Assembly (NCBI RefSeq): GCF_009914755.1
Contig: NC_060942.1
Direction: 5' to 3' (one strand)
Length of the DNA: 64,000 nt
From: the human T2T-CHM13v2.0 reference genome, Homo sapiens
Position 1 is the stretch's first letter; each line of letters begins with the position of its first letter. The position numbers and the translations under genes were made by a program. Below are positions 1 to 14,740 of the stretch, in pieces. Below the pieces are notes generated by a model, which ran no database searches, had not been told where the DNA came from, and saw only the letters and a program-made list of their open reading frames with translations.

Positions 1-217
1 TCTGACCTGGTTGGTGTGGCTACGCCCGGGGCTAGGGTTTCAACACTTCCCCTAAAACCTTCCAGATGAACCCCAGGAGGGGAGCCAGGAGGGGAGCTGA
101 GATCTCAGTGTGAGCTTCTCCCCAGTACCTCCTGGACACAGCCAGGTAGGGAGCTGCCTGCCCTGGTCACACCCTGGAAAGCTGACCCACCCATCTCTAG
201 GTGAAGGTAGTGTAGAC

Positions 218-522
218 CAGCACCGTCCAAAAGAACTAATGCAGGCCACATATGGAATTTAACAATGTCCGAGTAAGCACATATGAAAAAATGGAAATGG
301 GTGAAGTTTTTATATTTTCTTTAACCCACTATTTCGAAAATACTATTACTTCAACGTGTAATTAATATAACAAGTTAATTAGATATGTTATCCTGTTTTT
401 GTATTAAGTCTTTGAAACCCAGTGTGTGTTTTACACTCACAGCCAGCACACCTCCAGACTAACAACACTTCCAGTGCCCAGTAGCCGCATGTGACTATTG
501 GCTACCATTTTGGACAGTGCAG
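218..522 (-). mobile_element. MER33-like hAT-Charlie DNA transposon relic
   Basis: Termini CAGCACCGTCCAA...TTGGACAGTGCAG and AT-rich interior match the recalled MER33 consensus in reverse. Confidence 0.75.
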
Positions 523-544
523 CTCTAGAAAGAGGGCCACTGAC

Positions 545-637
545 CTCTCTGTGATGATGCTGGGGTTCACAGTGACCACATCCGTCTTCACCCCCACATC
601 CATGGTGTACTTCTCTGAGATGGGGGGCAGGTTGCAC
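545..637 (-). CDS. ST8SIA5: ST8SIA5 coding exon, 93 nt (end of sialylmotif L: [32 protein letters not shown])
   Basis: Acceptor ttctcttctgcag|GTGCAA, donor GAG|gtcagt; phase 2-2; continues the frame of exon 4747-4859. Confidence 0.96.
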
Positions 638-1154
638 CTGCAGAAGAGAAAAGGCAGCCCAAGGTGGTTGGTCATTCAATAGGTCAGGCTGGGGAGGGTG
701 CAGGGGGAGGGGAGGGATGGTGATCATGTGGGCAGAGGGATGCAAAGGCAACCAGCTAGGCAGGTTCTCTGTAGCCAGGTGATAAGACAGTGGTCCTTCT
801 GCTCCTTATCAGGCACTAGGACAGCCAACAGGCCTTGCTGAAGTTCCAGACACATGGGGCAGAGAAATCACTGGTTGTAAAATGCAGTTACAAGCTTGGG
901 TAGTCCCTGGACCTTTGGAGGATGGGATTATGGCTCTTAGAGGACAGGTGGCTGGGGAGCATCTCCTTTCCTAGGGAGCCAAGACTTCCCTGAGGAAGCA
1001 ATGCTTGAGCAGAGGTCTGAAGGAGGAATTGAGCAAATGTCCTGTGGCAGGAGAAGAGCTACATAAACATGCGATATGTTCGAAGATGCATCTTAGAAAT
1101 GCAACACATATTGCATGCAAAAGCAAGTTGCCACCATTTGTAGAAAGCCCCATA

Positions 1155-1636
1155 GTAGGAAGAGTAATAGCCCCCAAAGGTGTCCATGTCCTAATCCCTG
1201 GAACCTGTGACTATGCAGCCTTACGTGGCAGAAGGGACTCTGCAGCTGCAATGAAGTTTAGGATCTTGAGATGGAGCCATTGCCCTGAGTTATCTGGGGG
1301 AGTCCAGTGTCATCACAAGGGTCTTTATAAGAGACGATGTGACAACCAGGGAGAGAGAAGAAAGTATGTGGCAACAGAATTGGAGTCAGAGAAAGAGACT
1401 GAAAGATACTCCACTGTGGGCTTTGCCATGAGCCAAGGAATGCAAGGAGCTTCTAGGAAATGAAAAAGGAAACAAATTCTCCCTGAGAGCCTCCAGAAAG
1501 GAATGCAGTTCTGCAGACATCTTGATTTTAGTCCAGTGAGACTTCTGACCTCCAAGACTGTAAGATAATAAAATCTGTGTTGTTTAAACCACTAATTTGG
1601 TGGTATTTTTTTATAGCAGCAATAGGAAACGAATAC
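1155..1636 (+). mobile_element. MLT1 (MLT1C/D-like) ERVL-MaLR solo LTR
   Basis: gtcctaatccctggaacctgtga near the start, ttctgacctccaagactgtaagataataaa and atagcagcaataggaaacgaatac at the end. Confidence 0.8.
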
Positions 1637-4600
1637 GGCCCTAAACAAGCATAGTTTAACAATACATTGTTCAGGGGTACATCTACATATGACAAAACAA
1701 TTTTTAACAATGAGAGAATGATTAAGTACTCAATTCAAGGTAGCGATACCTTCGGGGGGAAACGGAGGTAGAATGGGAAGGAGCACACCAGTTGATACAA
1801 AGGCACCATACAAACATTCAACTTCTTAAATCAAGTGGTTGGTCTACAAATATTCATTTTATTGTTTTGCTTCATACTTATGTGGTACAAATATTCTTCA
1901 CATCAAATACTACATAATGAATGAATAATAAATTTTGAAATAAGCAGGTGTTAGCTGGTTGAATGTGGAACTCATGAGCATTCCAGACACAGGTCCTGTG
2001 CAAAGGTCCTGTGGTAGATGAGAACAGGAAGCACCCAGGAGTGACTGTGGCCCGGTGACTGGAGCACAGGCAAGGTGGGAGTGGTACAAGCTGAGGGCAG
2101 AGAGGGAAGAAGGGGCCAGACTATAAGGGACGGTGGGCCATGTGAAGAATGCGGTCTTTCGTCAAGGGGAAGCCATGGGTTTAAGGAATAATTGTGCAGA
2201 AGAACCCTATTCTATAACAGGACCAGGACTGTCACCTACTTTATGATCCAACCATACCCCTCTCTATCAGACCACTATGAAAGGCAGGTTTTATATTGTC
2301 CTTAAAGATTGAGTGCGGGAGGGGGTGGGGTGTGTGCAGTCAATTACCATTTTTTTGAGCATCTGTGGCATGCCAGGAACTTTCATAGGATTATATGAGA
2401 CATCAATAACCTTGGGTGGCAGATATTAGGCTCACTGTGTTGCAAATGAGAAACCAGGCATTCAGAGGGTCAAGGGACTTGCTGCTATTAGGTGGTCAAG
2501 GCAGGGTGGAGGACGGGCCTGTCTGACTCCAAGCCTAGGTCTCGTTCCTAGTGCAATAGCATCTAGGACATGCCTAGAACAGGACGGAGTCTCAGGGCAT
2601 CTTGGCGTGCACATACAGGCACCCAGCAAGGCTTTGCTGCTGCTGTACTGCTATGATGATGATGACGATGAGGATGGAAGGGCCCACAGCATCTCCAAAA
2701 GTAGCACAAACAACTGTGTGCTCTCACAGATCTTAACAGATCTTAGGTGGTGGGACAAGAGACCAGCCCCTCCGAGGGAGACATTTACTATCATATTATC
2801 GAGCTAGAGAAATGACATGGTATCACAGAAAGAATGCAAGACCAGAAGTGTATCCCATTTCTGACTATGAATAGCCCCATGACCCTAGCAAGGAATATCA
2901 TCCCCTCCCAAAAAATTGTTTTTTATCTGTAAAATGAGAGGAATATTTTAAAATAACATTTTCCTTATAATAAAACTTAGTATGTGTCCTGCAGTGTTTG
3001 AAGATTTTAAACATATTAATTCATTTATTCCTCATACTGACCCCAAGGGGTAGTTACTATTATCATCCTCATCTTTCATTTTAGGAGATAAAGGCAGAGT
3101 GGCTAGGTAACTTACGCAAAGTAACACAGCTTTTTCTAACTCAAACCAGGCTCCCCAGCTTCAGAGCCTGTGGACAGAACCACTATATGCTCCACTTCTT
3201 AGCCCTGAAAATCACACAAGTCCATTCTTTCATTCACGCCTTCATTCCTTCATTTAAGACTAATTTTTCTGAGTAGTTATGTTGTGCCAATTACATCAGT
3301 TACTGTAAACAGAAGTTCTCTTTGTGTTTCCAGCCTGCAAGAGCGAGACCACTCAGCGGGTCCCTGGTTATAGGGTTAGGTTGTTAAAGGCCTCATGATA
3401 GGTGGACACCAGGTTCCGTGGGAGCCCAGAAAAGGGTGCAAGTGGGTTTAGCCAGGGAAGGAGTGGGTGATTCTTGAGCTAAGCTTGGAAGGACAAGCGG
3501 CAGTTGGCAACGCAGGATGTAGGGGCTGGGGAGACAGCATTCCAGGCAGAGGGAACAGGACCTGGAAGCGCAGTTGCCGGCACTAACTGGGCTCTAATGG
3601 TGTGTCCAGTGCTGGAGGTACTAAGAGCTATACAATCATTATGTGATTTAATCCTATAACTGATGGAGCTGCTATCCTTATCCCCATTTTGCAGATGAGG
3701 AAACCAAGGCCCAGAAGGGGGACATGACATTCCTGAGGTCATGTGCCTAGCAATGCTGGAGCCTGGATCAAAGTTCAGGGAGACCCCAGAGACCTGGGCT
3801 TCTCCCCAAAAGACCATCTTGAAAGAGGCTTTCCTTGCCTTTCCTGGCAGGAATGTGGCTGGGCTAAGGAGTCAGTGAGGGCCAGAGATTTCGGTGTTGG
3901 AGGAAGCTTAACCTTCAATTCTGGACTCGACTAGGCGTCCACAGGGAGCACATGGGCAGACTCCAGATCACAGAGAGAGGTGTGTCTCTCACACTCCGCC
4001 TGTGACAGCAGGTGACGCAGGGTGTCCAAGGCTTCCTTCTTCTAGAGACAGGGGCTGGGGTTGGACAGCCAAGAACCCGAAATATGCAGGAGTCCCTTTA
4101 TTTAAGGACCTCAAATCACACCAAACCTGCTCTACCCTCCCTAACCTGACACCAACTGAGTGGCCCGATGATTGTGGATCCATGCTTCATGCGACCCCAC
4201 TGCAGACTCAACCCAAGTCTCTTTGCTTTAAGCTTTTATTTTCAACCCACCTTCTTCACCCCAGCTAAAGATATAAATGAAGATCCACAAAGAGATAAGA
4301 GGGGGGCTTTACGGAAGGAAGAAGTGCAAGGACCAGTCTCTGGCTTAGTTAAAGCCAGGGTGAAGCCAATATTGGTGTCTGCCACAAGGCTTCCCTGGTT
4401 CCAACCACTGCTTCTGGAAGGGCAGCACCCACCCAAGGAGACGGTGCCCAGAGGACCTCCCGACACAGCTGCAAGCTCCTAAGTCCTCAGTGCCTTCAAA
4501 TCTGTGATGTCCTTTGCTCTTAACACATCTCCCATTGTGCAGATGTGGAAACTGAGGACCTAGGAGTTCAACGACTTCCCCAAAGGGATGGGGCTGGAGA

Positions 4601-4746
4601 GAAGAAGGGATATCCCAGACCTGAGGGTCTGCAGGGGTGGGAAGTGGGGATTACTTGCTTAAAGGGTAGCATTAGGGAACCGGGGGAAGAATATGGAGGA
4701 GAGGGCCATGGGGTAGTGGCAAGGGCAGTGCCAGGGTTTCTTTTAC

Positions 4747-4859
4747 CGGAAGACGAAGTCGGCGCTGTTGATCTCCCTCCCGCAGCGGCTGTTCTTCAAG
4801 ATGCCTCCGTTGCCCACTACAGCACACTTCTTAAACTGGGACCGGTAGTAGGGCATGTC
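4747..4859 (-). CDS. ST8SIA5: ST8SIA5 coding exon, 113 nt ([38 protein letters not shown]; sialylmotif L)
   Basis: Acceptor cctcccccag|GACATG, donor CCG|gtaaaa; [10 protein letters not shown]...G.EI...DFVFRCN is the GT29 sialylmotif L. Confidence 0.97.
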
Positions 4860-5646
4860 CTGGGGGAGGCACAGGCACAGCTGTCAGAGCCAAGCCACCC
4901 CCTGCCTCGACCTGCTACTCTCACCTCTGCAAGCACACCCACCTATATTAGCTCCTGGTCCCAAGAGGCAGCCTTGTGGGGAATGTGGGAGGAAAGCGGC
5001 TTTCCACTTTACAGATGGGAAGAGTGGTTGAGAGTCTTGTTACTATTAGATGGCACCAAAGGCCACTCCCATCCCTGAAGCCCAGGGCCTGCTGGGCAGC
5101 TTTCCTCCCGGCACACAGCGGCTGGCAGACCTGCATGAAATGGGCCAGGCCTGCAGCCTGGGCTTCCGGTGGGACCAGCAGCCTGGTGGGGTCTCATGGA
5201 GAGCCATGCTGCCCTGGGGCCATCAGGAATCAGGCTAAATTTAAGGGGGACTTCTGCGGGAGACTGTCCTTATTTGTGGTCCATTTTCCCTGGATGGACA
5301 GGCCCAGTGAGCCAAGGCGGGGAAAACAGGGGCCTCTCACAGCCAGTAGGTGAGTAAACTGCACTATTAGACTTGTACCAGAGAAAGGCAAAAAAAAAAA
5401 AAAAAAATAGTCATTTTCAGAAAAATCATCAAAAGTTTATTATGTTCCATATGGCTGTTTCCTAAACTTCTGTAAGTTAAGAATTACCTGGGATACTTTC
5501 TGAAAATATAAATTTCTGGGCTCCATCCCAGCACCACAGAATCAGAGTCTCACAGATAGGAGGCTGGGAAGCTGAATTTTTTACAAAGAGATACTTACAT
5601 TTAGGGAAGTTCAGGAAATGTGATTCTATGTCACATTGCTTTAATT

Positions 5647-5991
5647 CAGGGACAAGCGAACTACATACAGCCCGTGGGCCACATCTGGCCTACCGTCTGT
5701 TTTTGTGTAACTTGCAAGCCAGGAATGGATTTTATATTTTTAAATGGTTGGAAACAACCCAAAGAAGAAACTATTTTGTGATACATGAAAACTATGTAAA
5801 ATTCCAATTTTGGCATCTAATAAGATTGAAAGTGTTACTGGAACATAGCCACTCTCATTGGTTTACTCATGTCTGTAGCTGCTTTTGTGCTAGAATGATA
5901 GAGGTGAGTAGTAGTGACAGAGAGACTATGAACTGCAAATCCTAAAACAGTTACCGCCTGGCACTTTCTGGAGAATGTCTGGTGAGCCCTG
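5647..5991 (+). mobile_element. MER58B-like hAT-Charlie element
   Basis: CAGGG...CCCTG termini; agcccgtgggccacatctggcc and ttactggaacatagccactctcatt motifs. Confidence 0.75.
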
Positions 5992-6608
5992 CTGTCTGTC
6001 TCTGGCCTTCAGCGGTCCATAGGCTGCTTCTCCTTGGATCTGTATGTCATACTAAGTTGTGTTACACCCACTGGCATTACCTGCGTGAGATGCAAATCCA
6101 CCTGCTGTCACCAGCCTCATGTTCCAGGCCTTGTAAGACCCACCTCATAAAGGTGGCTCAGCACCATCCTCCCTTAGGGCCACAGTGAGTGAGAACACAT
6201 TTGACGCCGCTCACCTGCAGCTCCTCCCCCACATCCCCAGAATGCATGAGTCTTACCTATACACTTTGGTACCAGTCACAGAATGCAGGGAACTCTGGGC
6301 TTTGTTTCGCACTCAGCCAAGAAGCAAGGCAGCCAAGGCCTTCAGATTTCTTCCAAAAAGACCTCTACATGCCCCCACTCAGAATTTCTATAAACTACAT
6401 TCACTGAATGCTGTCCTGGGCCCAGAGCTCTCCTGAATGTGGTTATGAACACACCCATGCAACCTTCCTCCTCTTCAGAGTCCATACGCCACCACACCTG
6501 GGTAATTGCCAGAACTGGCTGAAAGCGCAGGTTCCAGCGCCCCTTCTCTGAGAGTAGTGCGGTGAGTCTGCACCAACCGTCAGCCCAGGTGATTGCAGGT
6601 GCTCAGCA

Positions 6609-6727
6609 TCAGTGATCTGAACAGTTCACGTCTGCAGCTCACTCACTGCGGTCCTCAATGGCCAAGGTCAGTGATCTGAACCATTCAGGTCTGCGGCTCA
6701 TTCATTTTGTGGTCCTCCATGACCAGG
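6609..6727. repeat. Two-copy tandem duplication, 59-bp period
   Basis: tcagtgatctgaac starts at 6609 and 6668, with similar downstream sequence. Confidence 0.8.
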
Positions 6728-7348
6728 GAGCCACCGTGCCAGCCCTGCACAGCCTACCTCCAGAATTCTTTTATGTGAAAGGAAAAAAATAAATATCTAT
6801 CTTGATTAAGACTCTGATATTTTAGAAGTTCTGTTATAATCAGCCAAATCTATTCATAGTCCAAGCCCCAGTGTTACAAATAAGGAGATTGAGGCTTTGA
6901 AAGACAAAATATCTGCCCACGGTCATCAAGTGAGCTGAATCTTTCAGAGTCTAGATCTGCACTGGGTTGTTCTTTCTTGTGCTCACAACCTCTGCATGTG
7001 CGTTTGCTCTTGTGCCTACCTCAGGAGGGGGACGAATGTGTTGTCATTCTCTCCCTATCTGCAGGATATCCTCTGCAAGCAATGCAATACCCAGAATTTT
7101 CTAGTCACTTTCTCGCCAAAAGTCACTCAAATCATAGACAGTTGGCAGTCATGGTTCTCAGACAGAACCCCCAAAGAAATCCAGAGGGTGGGCTTCTGCA
7201 CCTCAGACAACTGGTCAACCATGACCAAGACAACTGAGTCCAGAGGACCGTGAGTGAGTCAGGCAAAACCCCAGGGACATTGCCACGGAGGGCTACTGCT
7301 GGATTGGCTCCCTCGCCCCACCCAGACCGCCCCCGCCCAAAGCAGCAC

Positions 7349-7493
7349 CTTGGGAAACATGCGGAAGATCTCCTGGTTGATGTGGTAGATGCCACTGGTG
7401 TCCACCTCATACTTGAGCTTTGTCCCCAGGGGAGTGTTCTTCTGGGTGGTGAAGAGAAAGGCAGGGGCGTTGCAGCACCTGGACAGAGTAGAC
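7349..7493 (-). CDS. ST8SIA5: ST8SIA5 coding exon, 145 nt (K-STLSRCCNAPAFLFTTQKNTPLGTKLKYEVDTSGIYHINQEIFRMFPK)
   Basis: Acceptor ccctgcctggcag|GTCTAC, donor AAG|gtgctg; phase 2-0; lies inside ORF 7259..7678. Confidence 0.96.
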
Positions 7494-7580
7494 CTGCCAG
7501 GCAGGGAGACAGGCAGGAAAGACGTGATGCAGGAAAGATGTGATGGAGGGCAGAGCACAACCTCACGGAGAACAGAGGGG

Positions 7581-7731
7581 TGGAGCCGAGGCCTCTCCTG
7601 CTCACCTATCCCACGCTTGCCCCCACCCTGCATGGAGCCGAGGCCTCTCCTGCCCACCCATCCCACACACATCCCCACCCTGCATGGAGCCGAGGCCTCT
7701 CCTGCCCACTCATTCCCAGGCTTGCCCCCAA
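7581..7731. repeat. 52-bp minisatellite, about 3 copies
   Basis: tggagccgaggcctctcctgc starts at 7581, 7633 and 7685. Confidence 0.9.
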
Positions 7732-8106
7732 CCTACACCTCTGCTCATGCAGTCCCCTCCCTTTTCAACGCCTCTCCCAAGGCCCCTGCCTTCTGCCACT
7801 CATTCAGGGCCCAGGCCAGGCTTCTTTCCATGAAGCCCCACCCAGCTGCCCCTGTCTGCACTGTATGGAACTCCTCGACGGAGCCTGAGTCCTGGCCACT
7901 AATAGAGGGTAAGGAGGAGCTTTCCAAAGAGCTCCCAGCCAGGCCTGGCATGGAAACTTGGGCTGCCGTCCTGGTGTCAAGAGGCCTGGATTCTTGCTTC
8001 TGCTCTGCCCCGACCAGTTGTGAGGCTACTGGAAGGTCTCTCTCTTTCTCTCTGGGCCCTAGTTTCCTCATACAGGCTTGGCTCTTCTACCTCTAATCCT
8101 CTGTAA

Positions 8107-8462
<356 letters not shown>

Positions 8463-9171
8463 TATAATGTTTTTTTTTTTAATTTCATCTCTTGCAGGTA
8501 CTTCACTGGGAAGCCTAGCTGGCTCCCAGTCACAGAGAGCAGAATTTCCTGTGGAGAGCTGGGTTTCAGAATGTAACAGAAGCTTCCCAGAGAGGAGACC
8601 AGAGGCCTGGCAAGGCAGGGCCATGGATTGGCATTACAAACTGGCATCTGGGCCTTTTAGCTTTGCTAGTTCAGAAGCTCAGTCTTGTCAGCCCACTGGA
8701 GATCACTCCTATTGAGGGATACTGACTCACACTAACCAAGCTCATAAGTGACTGATATACAAACCAGAATGTCAGTGTGCCTATTTGTAGGCAGCAGGGT
8801 GGGAGAAGGCCTGTTACAGGATTCATTTCCTGTAATTCGAAAGCTCATGCCTGCCTTCTAGCACCCACCTGACACTCCCTCATGGCACCAGGTTCCTGCC
8901 AGCCTGAATGAAGCATCTCATCATTGTTCCATGAGCTTGAAATGAGAGCAAAGGGAGGCAATGACCAGCCTGGAAGGTTTTCTCACTTAGAGCATGGCAA
9001 GGCCTGATGTCACTGCCTTTTCTCACACCTGAAACTGCTCCACACCCCTCATGCCCAGAGCTCCACCCCTGCACTGTGCTGTCTTGTCCCTGCCAAAGGC
9101 TCCCACACTCATCCCTGTTTTTCTCTTGCCACATCATTTCCCTATTGCTTCATGTTTCCTGAGATATGTGA

Positions 9172-9516
<345 letters not shown>

Positions 9517-10744
9517 TAAGTCTGGACAACAGGCTTTTGCCTCTCACTGACCTGGTCCAGGCTGAGTGTTTTATCAGCCATACTCTCAGTGTGTCAGGTC
9601 TCACTCGCCCCCAGGGGCACCTCTGTGCAGTGTGCACAGTAACATTTCTAAGGGGCCAATTGGCAGCACAGATTATGGTTCTATTCTCTACTCTCCCAGC
9701 ACTTTGCTCAACCTCATGTTCTGTTTCTTATGATAGGTGAGTCTCTGCAAACTACTGTCAGGCCTTTGCTTGGTTTCTGTAGTCTCCCAGAGGCCTCTGG
9801 CACCTGATCTTCAAGTGTTATCACTTTAAACATTCGCATTTCTAAAAATGTGCCTCTTAAAACTACTACTCTACCTCTAGACTTGGTCTGGAGCTGCAGC
9901 AAATTGGAACAAATGATTTATAAAGAAAAAGCTTAGTCATCTTTGCTTTTCACAATCTTGTGCAGGACTCCTTCATGCTTAGAGCTCCTCAGTACATTTA
10001 AACTTGGACCTGAGTGCTGAAATCCAGTATAGACACAAATTGCCAGATTACATCAACTCCATAAAATAAGGTCTACCTGCACTAAAATAATCCCATAAGC
10101 TTACAGAACTTTAGAGATGGAGAAGACCCTAAAGTTCACCATCCATCAAAAAGAATTTTTGGACATCTGTTATTTGCAGAGTTCCCACAGGACAACTTTA
10201 AGATCCAGCTCTTACCTCTCTGGAAGTTTATAATCTGCTCATTTTGGTTAGAGAGCATTTATAAAATAATCTGCAGCAGGGCTCAAATGTCTCGTGGAGG
10301 CTGGAAGAACTCAAATGCTCTGAGAAGGAGAGAAGCTACTGGGTCAGAGCCGCTGCCCCAGGACAGGGGAGGTGAGGACCAGGAGGCTATAGAGGATGCG
10401 TAATGCACCTTCACACAGGCCTGCTGGAGACCGCCCACACATGCTTCCCTGCTAATAGCTTCAGTGAACCTCAGCTGTGTACTGGAGATGGCACCACCAA
10501 CCTCACAAGGCTGCTGCAAGGACTAAGGGAGAGAAGGTGGAGGATAGCACCTGGGCAAGGTGCCTGCCTCAGCCTGCATGTTGAATCAGATCTCCCCCAC
10601 TGCCCGGATTCCTAAGCCCAGTCAGGGTCTGCTCTGGGGAAGATGCCCGCTGAGAGCTGGGCCTTGCAGGACAATGGAGACCAGAAGAGGTGGCAGTGAG
10701 GAGAATCATACAAGGAGAAGGGAGGACAGACGAATCATAGATAC

Positions 10745-10831
10745 TTGAACTGGTTGGCCTCAGAGATGTTCATCGCCCATTTGCACATCTGGAGGCTCTT
10801 CCACCTGTCGAACAGCTCTGACTGCTTCACC
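10745..10831 (-). CDS. ST8SIA5: ST8SIA5 coding exon, 87 nt (M-VKQSELFDRWKSLQMCKWAMNISEANQF-K)
   Basis: Acceptor ctactcccaag|GGTGAAG, donor CAA|gtatct; phase 2-2; lies inside ORF 10735..10962. Confidence 0.95.
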
Positions 10832-10842
10832 CTTGGGAGTAG

Positions 10843-11776
<934 letters not shown>

Positions 11777-13440
11777 CTTCTCCCTCACGTGCCCACCCCC
11801 CAGGGCCTGCATAGTTCTCTTGGGAACATCTGTCTATAAAGAGAGTCAGACCCCAGTGGAACACCCATCAAACACCCACACAGTTCAGCACACAGTAGGG
11901 CTCATGAGCAGGGCATGCCCTTCTCTTTCTCCCTTCTCAAGGGTGGATCACAGTTTCCAAATGACAGAAAGGATGAGATGAGAAACCTGAGACTGCCCCT
12001 TCTCCCTGAAAAACCCTCGGCCAGCCTCTATGCTAGTTGGCATTTAAACATCTCAGCATCATGACATTCTAAAGCACTCTCAGGAAAGGGAACGTCTAAA
12101 CCACACAGCATTCTCCCTTTGACCGAAACCTGCAAAAAGAACTCATTTTTAATTTACACATTTACATCGACTTATTTATAATTATGCATACATATAATCA
12201 TTTCAGTGCTGTATCCCCAGCTTCTAGAACAGTGCTTAGCAAAATATAGATACTTGATAAATATTTATTGAGTGAATGACTGAGCCAAATCAAAAATACA
12301 AATTCCCACAAACACTAACTGACCAATATGAGATCCTCATGTACATTAACCTCAAATAGTCGCTCACCCTTCTTATCAGTTTCTCCCCTCTTTCAGCAAT
12401 GCCTAAGCTCAGAGCCAAGTCCACATTCCCAAGCTCTCTCTGTCACAGATCCGCTTTAGCATCTCCATTACCTATCCCTATCTTTAGTTACTCCTTCCGC
12501 ATTTCAGTTAAGAAATTGTTCCTTGCATCCTAACCAATTCCTTCCTGCTTTCACTTACACTTGGTTTTGCGGGTGATTCTCCTATTCTACAGAAATGTCC
12601 AGAATTCTCTAGGATCCCAGCTGTTGAAGGTTCCACTGAGGCCCTGGCCTGGTGAGAGTCATGAGATCCAGAAAGATCCAGGAAGCTCCTCAAGCCAGGC
12701 CAGCACCCACTCCTTCTTAAGGAAGGGAGCACAAGACACATTATACAATTGGGCGAGCCCTTCCTGATGAACTCCAGATCTTTGGCAAAGAATTATGCAT
12801 CTTTTTTTTTGTTTGTTTTTTAAGGTGGATCCTATGGTCAAATATAGTTGGGGAAAGCTGAGCTAAATAAAGTTAAATGCTTTTCTTTACTGCAAGACTT
12901 CTCAGATCCCTTAATATGTCTCATATATTGTGAATTTCCAAGAAAATTATTGGATCGTCTTTTTCCATTGAGTAGTTCGAAAAATTGTAATTCTACAGTA
13001 AAACTGCGAAATGCAGACAGATCATACACTCCTTAAAGGCAGCACCATGATTTCTCTCTCTTGATCATGCACAGTCCCCACTTTAGGGCCAGGCATTCTG
13101 TAGCTGTTTGGGGTCACCTGGCTGTGGCCCACTAAGAAGCTCATTAGTCTTGGGTGCTGGTGCAGACAGGAGCCCTTGAAAGGAAGCTGTCCTGTTTGAT
13201 CATAAATGGGAAAGTGACCAGCCTTCAGGAGCTGAGTGTTACCAAGAAACTACTATCACTGTGGCTCTTACCCTGGGGTCCACTGAAGGGCTAAAGGAAG
13301 TGCCTGTACCCCCCGATTTTGTTATAGGCAAAATCCATGTCTATCCACCCACGTGCATATCTTTGGGGAGAATCTGAAGCTTTCTTCAGGTTCCTACAGG
13401 GGTCCATTATTTAAAAAAAAAAAAGCAAATACCCACTTTA

Positions 13441-13773
<333 letters not shown>

Positions 13774-13929
13774 TCATTTTGTAGAGGCATGTCCTGTGTT
13801 TAATTGGAGGTGGTAACAGTTGTCCTCAAACAAGGCAAGCCTCCCCTATAGGAAGAATACATAGCTGGCAGGGGAGGGGTGATTGCAGGAAAAGTCATGG
13901 AAGATAGTAACTAAATACATGGATTTTGG

Positions 13930-14740
13930 AACTAGTGGGACTTGGGCTAAGACCTAAGTCTTAGTTCAGATAGCTGCCAACTATGAGACCTCAGGCTGGT
14001 TATTTAACCTCTCTGAGTCTCAGTTTTCTCATCTATAAAATGGATGTAATAATAGTCTCTTGCCCTCCCAAATTTGTTGAAATAATTAAATAGGATGATG
14101 TGATAAAAGACTAGGCATGGCACCTGACACACAGAAAGCATCCAGTACATATAAGTTATTAGTATTGTTACACTGAACTGCCCTGACTATGCTCACTCAC
14201 AGCCCCCTGTACTTTCCACTTTTGTAAAACCTATGACCTATCATGATTCCTGATCTTTCCCACTAGACAGTAAATACCATGGGGGCAGGGGATCAAGCCT
14301 ACGCTCATCACTGTAACTCAAGTGCTAAGGCACATAGCAGATGCGTGGTAAATATTTGTTGAGTATACCAATAAGTTAATGAATTAATTGAAACACCTGA
14401 GTTCAAATCAAGTCTCACTATTTGTTGAGTTATCTCCATATGGCAGGAACTAGAAATACAGTAGTGAACAAAACAACCCCTTGCTTCCATGGAGCTTACA
14501 CACCAATTGGGGAGGAAAATGGAAAACAAATATATAATGCCTTGCCAGGAAGTGGCAAGTGCCAGGAAGGAAAGTGAAGCAGGTTAAAGGGACGGGGAAG
14601 TGACTGTTTCAGACTGAGTGATCAGGGAAGGCTTTCCTGAGGAGGAGAACCTTGCACAGAGACCTGAAATGACACAGGAGTGAGCTGTGCAAATATCTGG
14701 GAAAAGTGTATTCCGGGCTGAGAGAAAAGTGAGTGCAAAA
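13930..14740. mobile_element. MIR and L2 fragments
   Basis: MIR core ttatttaacctctctgagtctcagttttctcatctataaaatgg; L2 3'-end motifs such as aaatatttgttgagt. Confidence 0.65.

Noticed and set aside
7471-7490. REST/RE1-like motif tgcagcacc-t-ggacag in the 145-nt exon
   Set aside because: Half-site spacer is 1 nt rather than the canonical 2, and the sequence is explained by coding constraint
7389-8096. 235-aa plus-strand ORF (likewise 4545..5078, 23048..23719, 33362..33985, 34793..35377)
   Set aside because: Antisense to real exons or running through GC-rich or VNTR sequence; no recognisable domain
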